This document shows positions 47,419 to 57,107 of a DNA stretch of 64,000 nucleotides, in pieces. Position 1 is the stretch's first letter. The number at the start of each line of letters is the position of its first letter. Made by a program: the position numbers and the translations under genes. Location: the IMG/VR virus record IMGVR_UViG_3300033182_000980, positions 1 to 64,000 of that record. One strand, given 5' to 3'. The notes below the pieces were generated by a model that was not told the origin of the DNA, made no database searches, and worked only from the letters and a program-made list of their open reading frames with translations.

Positions 47419-47473
47419 GGTGTATCTCCTTTATGGATAAGAGACACCTATAAAGAAACTATCAAACCCTAGA

Positions 47474-48385
47474 TCACTCCACACCAAACTTAACCATCCA
47501 GCGACCTACTGTACTCGCACCACAATCAAGATACTTGGCTATCCTACGCTTACTCCAACCCTTACCCCTAAGCTCCAATAACAAGTCCTTATCCATCTTC
47601 TTCTTGATGCCATTGTTGCGACCTTGAAACCCAAAGTCCAACTTGTACTTCATACAGTCGGGTACATGAGGGCTAACGATCTCAATAAAACGCTCGGCAT
47701 CTTCCTCTCGGAAATGGAACTCTCCTGTCTCACCTTTTTTGAGCTTCCATCGGGGAGATAGACCAAACTTCTCAAAAATCAAGTAAGCGTTTGCTCGACT
47801 CTCTCCCTTTGCACCAAAAGTAATGCAAGGCCAATGACCACTAAATCCGTCATCAAGATACCACATCGCAAACGCTAACTCGTCCACTTGATCTACGACA
47901 TCATACTTAACTACCTTCCAACCCTTATCCCTCTCTTCATAGAATAAGTCTCGGTACTCATTAAGCATAGGGTGAGCATGAGTGCGAAAGATGTATGAGG
48001 TAAACTCTCGGCTCTTAGCTGTGGTCAACTCGCCACTCGACCACTTACCCCACTTCTCTTGCTTCCACTCAAGGTACTCTTTCTGGTTCGGTGCGTGTCG
48101 TTCCTCATAATGTGAAGCGTTCTTCCTAAAGGCAATGCGTCCGTCACCAAGCATTGACCCGATAAGGATTGACCTTAGATCACCCTCAATCTTAGGTAAG
48201 CCAAGTCGATCATGTTTAGCCACTGTCTCAATCTCATAGCGTAGTCTCCAGCTACGAATACGCTTCATGCTTGAGTCAAGACCCTCAGAAATCAACAACT
48301 CGTTGATCTGCTTCTCGGTTAAGCATTGGTTCACATAGAGGTCTACAAACCTCTCTCTACTGATAGGGCAAGGTATAGCTCTCAT
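47474..48385 (-). CDS. Free-standing LAGLIDADG homing endonuclease with C-terminal HTH
   Basis: LIGSMLGDG and AMWYLDDG; WSKRRIAKYLDCGASTV. Confidence 0.85.
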   Translation of the reverse strand: MRAIPCPISRERFVDLYVNQCLTEKQINELLISEGLDSSMKRIRSWRLRYEIETVAKHDRLGLPKIEGDLRSILIGSMLGDGRIAFRKNASHYEERHAPNQKEYLEWKQEKWGKWSSGELTTAKSREFTSYIFRTHAHPMLNEYRDLFYEERDKGWKVVKYDVVDQVDELAFAMWYLDDGFSGHWPCITFGAKGESRANAYLIFEKFGLSPRWKLKKGETGEFHFREEDAERFIEIVSPHVPDCMKYKLDFGFQGRNNGIKKKMDKDLLLELRGKGWSKRRIAKYLDCGASTVGRWMVKFGVE

Positions 48386-48696
48386 AGAACACCTTTAAGT
48401 TCTTTTCCAGTTAGCAACTGGTATGTCACCCCAATCGACCCAAGGAACAAGAAGATAAGAGCGTACAAAACACCTACGGAAAACCAAAACACAAGAGGGA
48501 ATGAAACATACCATAAGAGCCATCCCAAAAAGTCATCATAACTAAAGTAGTCAAGAATCATACCCCCTACAATGAACCCTAAGAGACAAGCCAGCCCGAT
48601 ACAAAGATACAGCATTGCAAGAATAAGGAGGAATTTTCCTACCTTTGCGAAGATACTGCATATACCATCATATATGCGTTCAAAAGCGTTCATCAA
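48382..48696 (-). CDS. Membrane protein
   Basis: Two long hydrophobic segments. Confidence 0.55.
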   Translation of the reverse strand: MMNAFERIYDGICSIFAKVGKFLLILAMLYLCIGLACLLGFIVGGMILDYFSYDDFLGWLLWYVSFPLVFWFSVGVLYALIFLFLGSIGVTYQLLTGKELKGVL

Positions 48697-48785
48697 TCAC
48701 CTCTTTTAAGGTCTAGTGTGTTTGGTTGTGTACCATGTGTGCCACTAAGAACCTAGAGAGGTCAAGTTTTATTTCCCCTAGATAC

Positions 48786-48824
48786 GAAAAAACCCCATCT
48801 CCCTATGGAAGATGAGGTTCTTTC
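48786..48824 (-). terminator. Rho-independent terminator after the capsid gene
   Basis: Minus strand AACCTCATCTTCC-ata-GGGAGATGGGGTT followed by a T-run. Confidence 0.7.
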
Positions 48825-48886
48825 TAAGTACCTCTAGTAGCCTATCTACAAAGTAGCTAGGCTAAGTACAAGCATTAAATCAAAGA

Positions 48887-49765
48887 TTAACGCTGTACAG
48901 TAAGGCGAGCAAGACCACGAGGGTTGTAAGCTCCAATACCCAAATTCTCAAACACTGAGAAGCCGATTGTACGAGCTTTAGGATCGTCAGCAGAAAGGAC
49001 GGTAAGCTCGGTACGAACAGGGATACGACCAAACATCTCTGGCTCACAGCAGACATAAACAGTTCCAACAGGAACAAGTCGGCTAGTGATGATCTGAGCA
49101 CCCCAAAGGGTAGCCTGTAGACCAGTCTTGAGAAGTGCCGCTTGGCTCTCAATGTCGAGAATGTCACGACCGAACTTACGGATGTCAGCGTAATCACGAG
49201 CATTCATGAATACACGAGCAACACGAAGGTCATGACGCTCAATGAGGCTGTATGCGTCAGCAAGAACAGCACCATTAAGAGGGGCGATAACAGGAATGTC
49301 AGCGTTAGTCTGACCTGCAACGCTATCAAATCCGTTAGCCGCAACTGCATCGAGGATAGCGAATACACGCTCGTCCTCGGCCGCCTGGATCTGAGCACGA
49401 GCAAGATCCTGTGCCCTCTCGATGAGGTCGAACCTACGCTCTTTGATCTGAGTGAGTGGGATCTCTGGGTTAGAGGCGATCTCAAACAGAGGGAAGATAA
49501 CACGGCGTGGCTTGGTGATAGCGAGAATGTTCTCACCCTCTTCACCAACTACGAACGCAGTGACATCTGGGTCTTTGTCGTAGATAGGAAGAGCACCGTC
49601 TGGAAGTTGCTCGACTAGGAAAGTCTTGCGACCTACAGAGGTGTAGTCACGGCGAAGGCGTAGGGGCTGAGTCATAGAAGCGGCGAGCTTCGCACGACCC
49701 TGTGGAGTCTTGATGTAGTCAGAAATGATCTTCTGCTTTACTGCATTATCAACGGTATTACTCAT
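48887..49765 (-). CDS. Major capsid protein (HK97-like, inferred)
   Basis: Last gene of the protease-scaffold-decoration run, followed by a terminator; AAEDERVF, LWGAQII, terminal G..NP.G. Confidence 0.78.
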   Translation of the reverse strand: MSNTVDNAVKQKIISDYIKTPQGRAKLAASMTQPLRLRRDYTSVGRKTFLVEQLPDGALPIYDKDPDVTAFVVGEEGENILAITKPRRVIFPLFEIASNPEIPLTQIKERRFDLIERAQDLARAQIQAAEDERVFAILDAVAANGFDSVAGQTNADIPVIAPLNGAVLADAYSLIERHDLRVARVFMNARDYADIRKFGRDILDIESQAALLKTGLQATLWGAQIITSRLVPVGTVYVCCEPEMFGRIPVRTELTVLSADDPKARTIGFSVFENLGIGAYNPRGLARLTVQR

Positions 49766-49783
49766 AATATCACTTCCTTTCTA

Positions 49784-50410
49784 TTAAATGCGTTGATCGT
49801 AAACCAACTCATCAGAAGTTGAGTCGGGAGTGATTTTAACAATAGCCATTGCACCAAGACCGAGTTCAAGATCACCTTGAGCAAGAGTACCTGCGATAAG
49901 AGCAGAGACTGTTGCGTGGTCGTGGTTTGCATCGCCAGTTACAGTGGTCAAGAAACCATTAACCGATGGGAACAATGGAGCACCAGGAACATATGAAGCA
50001 GTGATGTCAACACCTGTGTCAACATTTACTGTCTCATACAGAAGGTTAGCATAAGTACCCTGTGCAGAAACATATGGACCACGGTTAGAAGCAACACCAG
50101 GCTGATTCTCGAAAGCGTTGCCCGAAGCGTTGTTGATGAATACACCAAGTACAGATGCACCGTTTACTGGTCCACCATGCTCATTGGTAGAACCAGTCTG
50201 AGCAAATGCGATAGAACCACTAAGTACACCGAGTACATTAGTAAGAAGACCAGGTGCGGCAGTATTATGATTCGCACCAGAAACGGGGTTTGCCTGAGTG
50301 AAAGCACTTGCCGACAACTGTCCGACAGTGTTGCGAATACCCACATGGAGGATACGCAACGCAGAGCTTGACTCAGTAAAACCACCACTAGCTTGTCCAA
50401 GTAGAGCCAT
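49784..50410 (-). CDS. Head decoration/cement protein
   Basis: Gly/Ala/Thr-rich 208 aa between scaffold and capsid genes; motif B at 50524-50539. Confidence 0.55.
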   Translation of the reverse strand: MALLGQASGGFTESSSALRILHVGIRNTVGQLSASAFTQANPVSGANHNTAAPGLLTNVLGVLSGSIAFAQTGSTNEHGGPVNGASVLGVFINNASGNAFENQPGVASNRGPYVSAQGTYANLLYETVNVDTGVDITASYVPGAPLFPSVNGFLTTVTGDANHDHATVSALIAGTLAQGDLELGLGAMAIVKITPDSTSDELVYDQRI

Positions 50411-50554
50411 GAGATTTCTCCTATTTAGCTCGTACTCTCTGTTTTCAAGAGAGTAGTGTTGTTTTGAGATAGGGTGGTTTTACAACCAACCCCGAAAAGG
50501 TTTTCCAATATAATAGCGTCAGCTATAAATAAACTATTAAAAGTTTATCTACTC

Positions 50555-52096
50555 TTAGCCGAAGAACTTGCTGACATCTGGAGCAGACTCCCAGAGCTTA
50601 GAAAGCTCATCAGAAGCACTTGAAGCCTCACGAGAGATGTTGCCGAGAGTCTTAACAGCCGCTTTACGAGCAGAGGTGCGTGGGCGATAAGAAGCCTTCT
50701 TCTCGGCCTTTTCCTCTTTAGCCTCTTCTTCGGTAGACTCTTCTTCGGTAGACTCTTCTTCGGTAGACTCTTCCTCGGTAGCTTCTTCCTCGGTAGCTTC
50801 TTCCTCTTTAGCCTCTTCCTCTGCGTCCTCATCGGCGGCAGTGAAGATAGAAGCGAGGCGTGGGTCCATAGCCATAGATTCGTCAGCGTCCATGTCAAGA
50901 CCCATGACATCTTCGCCCATCATGTGAGCTTCAGTCTCGTCAGCAGTATAACCATACTGTGCATCATTCTGCTCACGAGTGTCATCAGCCTCAAGCTCTG
51001 CAAGGAGTGAAGCCATCTCGTCATTAGCAGTGGTGTCCATCTCTGCCATGTAGCTTGAAAGAGCTTCTGCAAGACGCTCAATCTTTGCAAGACGCTGAGT
51101 AGGCTGACCCTCTGAAGGCTCGTTAGCTGGAGTGGTGTCGATCTCAAGATCAGGATCTTCACCTTGGTAGTCAGTACCAACTTGAACAGCATTGTCAGCG
51201 AGCTTACGAACCTTGCGAGCAAGACGAGCGTTAGCGGCTTTAAGGGTAGCGATTTCTTCTGCGAGAGCCTCGGCAGATGAAGAGTGATCCTCGGCCATCA
51301 TGTGTGCGTGGCTTTCATCAGCCTCAAGTTCAGCCATGATCTCTGCAAGTTCATCATCAGCCTCAAGATCGTCTGCGAAAGACTCACCAAGACCAAGAGC
51401 GATCTCATCACGAGAAAGGAAACCATCCTCATCCTCGTCAAGATCGTCAAAGATCTCGTCAGAACCACCCCACTCGTCCATAGAGATCATGCCATCACCA
51501 TCGAGGTCATAAGCATCAAACATGGTGTGCCCCATAAGATCGTCAGCCTCAAGCTCATCGCTTGCATTGCCTGGACCTGTGAACTCAAGACCCTCATCAT
51601 ACTCTGTACCAACCTGTACTGCGTTGTCAGCAAGACGAGCAACACGGGCATTAACAGTGCGGTTAGGGAGATCCATCATGCGAAGGGCAAGATCTTCGAT
51701 CTCACGCTGTGAAGCACGGCGACCAAGACGGCTTTCAGCGATACGAATGCACTTAGCGGCTTTACGCTCCATAGCTTTCTTAAGGTTCTCTTGGCGAAGA
51801 TCATCAGTAAGAGCGTAATCCTCTACAAGCTCGTCAGTAACTGCTGGATGCTCTGGCTCCCAACCATAAGATGCTGGTGCTGGACCTGAACGATAAGGCC
51901 CTTTGCGAACGCCCTCACCGAACTCCGAGTCGAAGCCATACTGATCGACAGAAGGTTGATCAGAAGAAGCAGGGTGTCCGAAGTGATCCCAACCAAGGTT
52001 ATCATAACCAGGTAGGCCTGAGTTTGCACGACGGCTTCTTCTACGAGCAAGCTCTGCCCTGCGAGACATATTCTTAGAACGAGAATACCTAGACAT
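50555..52096 (-). CDS. Capsid scaffolding protein with EF-hand pair
   Basis: Very acidic coiled coil between protease and capsid genes; DLDGDGMISMDE and DEDEDGFLSRDE loops. Confidence 0.65.
   Translation of the reverse strand: MSRYSRSKNMSRRAELARRRSRRANSGLPGYDNLGWDHFGHPASSDQPSVDQYGFDSEFGEGVRKGPYRSGPAPASYGWEPEHPAVTDELVEDYALTDDLRQENLKKAMERKAAKCIRIAESRLGRRASQREIEDLALRMMDLPNRTVNARVARLADNAVQVGTEYDEGLEFTGPGNASDELEADDLMGHTMFDAYDLDGDGMISMDEWGGSDEIFDDLDEDEDGFLSRDEIALGLGESFADDLEADDELAEIMAELEADESHAHMMAEDHSSSAEALAEEIATLKAANARLARKVRKLADNAVQVGTDYQGEDPDLEIDTTPANEPSEGQPTQRLAKIERLAEALSSYMAEMDTTANDEMASLLAELEADDTREQNDAQYGYTADETEAHMMGEDVMGLDMDADESMAMDPRLASIFTAADEDAEEEAKEEEATEEEATEEESTEEESTEEESTEEEAKEEKAEKKASYRPRTSARKAAVKTLGNISREASSASDELSKLWESAPDVSKFFG
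50722..50805 (-). repeat. 15-bp tandem repeat encoding EE(A/S)TE
   Basis: ttcttcggtagactc / ttcctcggtagcttc units. Confidence 0.8.
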
Positions 52097-52133
52097 AAGG
52101 CAATTCCTTTCTGTGGGTGAAACAGGGCGAGAC

Positions 52134-53582
52134 TTATTTCTGCCCGTAAGTGTTAAGGGATAAGAGTTTAGCTAATCTTACAAGACGGATAGAGTCTTGT
52201 TTCGACAATTTTTTGCCATTTAAGTAGCTTGCTTGCTCCAGATAATCAACTACATCATTATACTGACTGGTTGATCCGAGTAGGCTTGCTAACTTGTAGA
52301 CATGGGTAGGGATTTGAACATTACAATGGTTATTCACCAATGTAATGTTCAGCACAGCTTCCTCAACAGACTTAGCTGTTTTAACAGAAGCGTCTAGGAG
52401 GCTCATATATTTAGAAGCCGACATATTACCCTCTTTGACAATCGTATCGTTTTGCTCAACGACAGACTTATCAATGGGTGGGTTCATAACTTCTTGAGCC
52501 TTCTCTGCTTTGAGTTCATTCTCTAGCTTTTGGCGAAAACGATCTACAATAGCAGTCTCATAAACATCTTCGAGCTGTTTTAACAAAGACTCGGAAGGGG
52601 TGTCGGCTTTATCATCATCACCACCCTCCTCTTCATCGTCCATGTCAAAAGGTCCAGCTTTCTTAGAGAGCTGACCATGAGGGTCATACCAAGGAGATGT
52701 TTGCAAACTAGCGGCTTTAGCAAGCCACTTTTCGGGAACTTCATTTAATTGTTCATCAGAAGCAGACTTCGCCATATCAGCCGAGGGGATTTCTAATGTA
52801 TTGCGAGCAACAGCACCTGTAAATGCAGGGGTTGCAACCCAAGATGCTTCAATGAATGTGACACCTGCTGTACCACCGATTTCTTCATGGCCACAAAGCT
52901 CTGCAACTCTGTGCTTATTGCCTTGCTCATCATAAAAGACATTGCCCTTCTCATATTTAACATGAGGACACATCTCGGTTTCATCAGCGGCTACATGGCC
53001 ACATTTAGTACAAATCGTAAAGTCAACGGAACAACCCATAGACATGGAGTTCATCTGACCCGACTCGATCTGTTTAACTAAATCTTCGTGCTTACGGTCT
53101 GTAGCGACTAAGATGTCTACATATAGAGAGTCACCGATGTCTCTAAGGACAGCATCTATAATACGACCCTTAGAGAGTTCTTCAACTTGGATATGCTCAA
53201 CAAAGTTATGAGCACCAATGAAGGTCTGATAAGACTTCTTAATAACTCCCCTTGACCATGAGTCGAGGTTGTTATTGATAAACTTATCAGTGTCAGAGCT
53301 GATACGGTAGTCAGCGTATTTACGATTGATAGTTTGACCACCCTCTGTAATCGAGCCTGTCTTTGTGTTTGGAGGTGTGATTGCATCGACAGAGCAAACG
53401 ATAGTGGAGTGAGTAAGTAGAAATCTATCGGGAGTAAAAGGTTCGCCTAAGATGTCCTCTGCTTGCTTTTTGAGCGAAGCATTGATGGTTTTAGCACCAG
53501 ATGCGATTCTTACCTTATCCCATTGTAGACCATGAATGGAGGGCTGTACTACATTAGCCCTAGCATATCGTAGAAATGCCAT
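52134..53582 (-). CDS. Prohead protease
   Basis: NNNLD, NFVEH, GRIIDA, SMSMGC...CTKCG, EASWV.TPAF; directly upstream of scaffold. Confidence 0.72.
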   Translation of the reverse strand: MAFLRYARANVVQPSIHGLQWDKVRIASGAKTINASLKKQAEDILGEPFTPDRFLLTHSTIVCSVDAITPPNTKTGSITEGGQTINRKYADYRISSDTDKFINNNLDSWSRGVIKKSYQTFIGAHNFVEHIQVEELSKGRIIDAVLRDIGDSLYVDILVATDRKHEDLVKQIESGQMNSMSMGCSVDFTICTKCGHVAADETEMCPHVKYEKGNVFYDEQGNKHRVAELCGHEEIGGTAGVTFIEASWVATPAFTGAVARNTLEIPSADMAKSASDEQLNEVPEKWLAKAASLQTSPWYDPHGQLSKKAGPFDMDDEEEGGDDDKADTPSESLLKQLEDVYETAIVDRFRQKLENELKAEKAQEVMNPPIDKSVVEQNDTIVKEGNMSASKYMSLLDASVKTAKSVEEAVLNITLVNNHCNVQIPTHVYKLASLLGSTSQYNDVVDYLEQASYLNGKKLSKQDSIRLVRLAKLLSLNTYGQK

Positions 53583-53585
53583 GCG

Positions 53586-54110
53586 TTACCCCTTAACGAT
53601 GTCGGAAGGTTTGATGATGAAAAGGCAAGTATAACAAGCGAGCAGTTTCTCACTCTTACCACCTCTTCTTTTATAAACTGTATTACCGAGTGGAGTTTTG
53701 CACTTAGGGCAACAAGGTTTCTCCTCATCACGACATTGACGATATGTACGATCTTTCTTGTACCAATAAATAGCTCGCTTCATGTACTTGGAGGCGACAC
53801 GACTAGCTTGCTTTTTATTAACAGCACGAGAGGTTACAGGAACAGTACCGACACCACCAGGAACAGTATCTTGGTCATCTTCGTAAATGTTCAAGTAATC
53901 ACCCGAAGTATCTACAACAAGATCTTCTACAGGATAGCGTTGCGATCCGTGAGGGAACTGCACATCGACCATACCAATCGCTGGAAAGATAGCTATAACG
54001 AGTCCAGACCTTGATGGATTCCCACCAAGGAATGGATATACACGCATCCCTAGCTCGAACGCTTGGGATCTACGCTGATAGTCAACATATTGTGTAGATC
54101 GTTTTTGCAT
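53586..54110 (-). CDS. In-frame nested gene (174 aa) with its own promoter motif and RBS
   Basis: TAATAGATCATTTAT (54159-54145) and GGAGG precede MQKRSTQ. Confidence 0.55.
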   Translation of the reverse strand: MQKRSTQYVDYQRRSQAFELGMRVYPFLGGNPSRSGLVIAIFPAIGMVDVQFPHGSQRYPVEDLVVDTSGDYLNIYEDDQDTVPGGVGTVPVTSRAVNKKQASRVASKYMKRAIYWYKKDRTYRQCRDEEKPCCPKCKTPLGNTVYKRRGGKSEKLLACYTCLFIIKPSDIVKG

Positions 54111-57101
54111 GATTTTAGTGCCTCCACTCTTATAGTAGGTGTCAATAAATGATCTATTAAAATAATTTGCTTGTTTATTTGATGATGTAGGCTCACTTTC
54201 TTGTGTCGCTGTGTCATCAAATAGCTGTGTAAGCCTAGTCCTAATGTCTCTGAGCCTCTGTCTCTTAGTCGTTGAGTCTAAACTTTTCACTTTTTCTAGC
54301 TCTTGCTGAATCTGCTCCCACCTAAACTTTTTCGTGCTGTCGCTGTAGAGCTGAATACCGTCAATGCTACTCCGAGCTTCTTCAATCCTCCATCTTGTTC
54401 TAAACAACTCACCTGCGGCTTCTCTCTCTTCTTCGGTGTATTCTTTTCCTGTGGACTGATCTACGCCGTCAACGAACACCTCGAAAAACTTATCCTTGTT
54501 CTCTGCCCAAAAGAGCTTCATTTGCTCTTTAACCTTTTTAGAAGGACCAGTACCGTCCCCTTTAGGCTTGTAGTATCCGTCACCACGAGACTCTTTTTCA
54601 ACGGTGTGGAGATTAACGAACCCTCCGCTCATGTAATCCCTTAACAGCTTCTTCATGTCATCGGACAATGGATTAGGGCAGGGATCATCAGAAGGTAAGA
54701 GCTTCTTGTCTCCCACACCTTTAGCGTTATTTGTTGGACTACCAGGACAGTAGTTATCATCTAATAAATCCAGCATATCCCCATACGGACCTTGCTCGCC
54801 ACCAACCACAGCTTTAAAATCTTCTGTGTCAAGGTTTTCAGTGACCGACTCGATCAACTCTCGTGTCTTACTAGGGTTAGTGCCTTGTTGGGAAAGCATA
54901 CTGATGCCTTCTTCCCAAGCCTCTGATCCTGTTTGCCTTGCGAGTTCAAGTAATCGGTCGGGTACTTCGGCATAACCATCCATAACCCCTTCACTATTTA
55001 TCATGCGTATCGTGTTGAGGGCTGTTTCAGATGCTTTTAAGTTTGCGAGCTTACCCTGTAGTGATTTCTCCTCGTCCTCGGACAGCCCTTTTCCGTCATC
55101 TTCTAGGAGTGCGACTACTTCCTCAATCTCCTCTTTGATCCTGCCAACCATGTTATTACGCTGTTCTTCGGTCATCTTCTTGAAGCGTCTGCCTTGAACT
55201 CTGCGTACATTCTCTTGGTGCTTCTCTTTATCGTGAACATCACCGTCAATAGGGAACTCTTTCAGTCCAAACTCTGGATCTTCCACAATACTCTTTTGTG
55301 CATGGGTGGTTGCTAGGTAGCTACCTAACTTTTGTGCGTATTCCTTTTGAACAGCCCCATAGTTTTCTAAGTCTGACTGTAAACCCTCTAGCTTTTTATT
55401 AGCATCACTCAAGTCGGACTTCATGGACTTCAATGAATCATTCGAGTCAGATAGCTGACTCGTAAAGTCAGTTAGGTCTAACTCTTGGTCAAGAGTGCCA
55501 ATTGAGATTGAACCGATATAATTTTTCTGAATCTCTTCCTGTGCTTTTACGAGGTCAGCTTGACTTAGGTTGCCCTTCGCCTCTAGCTTTGCAACTACGG
55601 AAGCGATGAGGTCATTGTTAGCCTTTTCATCTTCCAACTTCTTCTTAGCCTTAGCTACTTTATCCGAAGCAGACTCAATGTCTTTATTGAGTTGTTCTAC
55701 TGTAGGAGGAGGTGTCGGGGGTTCTAAATCCTTTGCTTCTTCCTCAATAAACGACTGTAGACCATCGAGTCCTTGATTTCTCATTGTTTCTTCGACTTTG
55801 ACAGCACCAGATCCATAAGCGTCCACCATTTGTTGGACTTGATCTTCGGTCAGTTCATCAAGTGCATCCACAGTTTCACTTATCCTTTGAATAAGTGTTC
55901 GGGTGCTTTTTTGAGTTGATGCGAGATCCTTCTTCTCAAGCTCTTTGATTTGTTCCTTGAGATCACGCTTCTCTTTATCACTTAGAGAAGGGTCTTGGAG
56001 CTTTTCTTCGAGCTTCTCGATCTTTTCACTCGTGCCCCTGCTTAATTTATCCCTAAAGGCTCTCTCAAGGCGATCCTTGATTTCTGCCTTTTGGACATAG
56101 CTCGGCTGTTCCAATAAAGGAGCACCTTCAACAAACGGAGGCTCTTCTCTCGGAGGTGGGGTGTCTGTTGCATCATCTCCCTTTGCATCATCTCCTTTTG
56201 CATCATCTCCTTTTGAGTCATCCCCTTTTGAGTCATCCCCTCCCGATTGGTTTCCAGGATTAGTGAGTGTGGTTGGCTCACCCTTACCTTTACCTTTGCC
56301 CTTACCTTTGCCTTTACCCTTGCCTTTGGGTTTTGGTTCTTCTTCTCCAGTTTGCTCCTCACGCTCTTTAGCTCGCTCGTCCAAGACACCTTTGGTTTTC
56401 TTAACATCTTCTTCTTCGATGTCGGATGTCTCTTGAACATTGAGATCCACAGCCTCAATCCCTTCTTCTTCAAGGGAGGTGGTGAGCTTTTCCTCGACTC
56501 GCTTCTTATATGGACCTCGCTTTTTGCCTTTGTCGGATCTTGTTTTTCTTTCCTTCTTGGGTGGAGGCTCACCGACTTCTTCCCGAACCTCTTCATGGAT
56601 GTCCATAAGGAGAGCGAATATGTCTCTCATGGTGCGTTCTTCAACGAGAGACATATCTCTCATATCACGACCATTGTTCATCCTTGAGAGTAGGTCATAC
56701 TGTTCATCGTTGAGAGTGGCCGCCACAGAATAGCTAATATCGTTTCCAGAGTTTCCCTTAGACCCTCTAGCTTTCTCCATAGCTTTATTGAAGTCTTGGA
56801 CAGCTTTAGGGTGGTTGCGATTATAAGCTGTGTTAAACAGCAGATCCTTACCAGTTTGCCGACTCTTATACTTACGACTTTTGAGCTTGTCTTTGACCTT
56901 CTTAACGAGCTTCTGCTCTTTCTTCTGTTTCTTCTTCTGTTCTGGAGAGAGCTTTTGTTTTTTACGCTTTTTCTTAGAAGGCCGCCTAACAGATCCGTCC
57001 TCCATTTTTTTAGGTCCAGAAGCGTACCTACTCGCTTCAAGTAGGAGTCTGTCTGTTTTCTCTAGCTCCCTTTGGAGTTCTAGTAGAAGGCCACTAACCA
57101 T
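53586..57101 (-). CDS. Large charged coiled-coil head-associated protein with C-terminal Zn-ribbon domain
   Basis: 1171 aa; Lys-rich N-terminus; (GK)n and GDD(S/A)K repeats; CPKC..CYTC. Confidence 0.6.
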   Translation of the reverse strand: MVSGLLLELQRELEKTDRLLLEASRYASGPKKMEDGSVRRPSKKKRKKQKLSPEQKKKQKKEQKLVKKVKDKLKSRKYKSRQTGKDLLFNTAYNRNHPKAVQDFNKAMEKARGSKGNSGNDISYSVAATLNDEQYDLLSRMNNGRDMRDMSLVEERTMRDIFALLMDIHEEVREEVGEPPPKKERKTRSDKGKKRGPYKKRVEEKLTTSLEEEGIEAVDLNVQETSDIEEEDVKKTKGVLDERAKEREEQTGEEEPKPKGKGKGKGKGKGKGKGEPTTLTNPGNQSGGDDSKGDDSKGDDAKGDDAKGDDATDTPPPREEPPFVEGAPLLEQPSYVQKAEIKDRLERAFRDKLSRGTSEKIEKLEEKLQDPSLSDKEKRDLKEQIKELEKKDLASTQKSTRTLIQRISETVDALDELTEDQVQQMVDAYGSGAVKVEETMRNQGLDGLQSFIEEEAKDLEPPTPPPTVEQLNKDIESASDKVAKAKKKLEDEKANNDLIASVVAKLEAKGNLSQADLVKAQEEIQKNYIGSISIGTLDQELDLTDFTSQLSDSNDSLKSMKSDLSDANKKLEGLQSDLENYGAVQKEYAQKLGSYLATTHAQKSIVEDPEFGLKEFPIDGDVHDKEKHQENVRRVQGRRFKKMTEEQRNNMVGRIKEEIEEVVALLEDDGKGLSEDEEKSLQGKLANLKASETALNTIRMINSEGVMDGYAEVPDRLLELARQTGSEAWEEGISMLSQQGTNPSKTRELIESVTENLDTEDFKAVVGGEQGPYGDMLDLLDDNYCPGSPTNNAKGVGDKKLLPSDDPCPNPLSDDMKKLLRDYMSGGFVNLHTVEKESRGDGYYKPKGDGTGPSKKVKEQMKLFWAENKDKFFEVFVDGVDQSTGKEYTEEEREAAGELFRTRWRIEEARSSIDGIQLYSDSTKKFRWEQIQQELEKVKSLDSTTKRQRLRDIRTRLTQLFDDTATQESEPTSSNKQANYFNRSFIDTYYKSGGTKIMQKRSTQYVDYQRRSQAFELGMRVYPFLGGNPSRSGLVIAIFPAIGMVDVQFPHGSQRYPVEDLVVDTSGDYLNIYEDDQDTVPGGVGTVPVTSRAVNKKQASRVASKYMKRAIYWYKKDRTYRQCRDEEKPCCPKCKTPLGNTVYKRRGGKSEKLLACYTCLFIIKPSDIVKG
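56165..56330 (-). repeat. Low-complexity GDD(S/A)K and (GK)n repeats
   Basis: 15-bp and 6-bp tandem units. Confidence 0.8.
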
Positions 57102-57107
57102 TACAGA

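Noticed and set aside
47474-48385. Group I intron around the LAGLIDADG gene
   Set aside because: The flanking ORFs do not look like halves of one gene and there is little non-coding space for intron structure.
48887-49765. Encapsulin rather than phage capsid
   Set aside because: Context of protease, scaffold, decoration protein and terminase supports a phage capsid.
50524-50531. T4-type late promoter TATAAATA
   Set aside because: It lies antisense to the downstream gene and is only part of the reverse complement of motif B.
53586-57101. Portal or tape-measure protein
   Set aside because: Charged low-complexity composition fits neither; no portal was recognised in this window.
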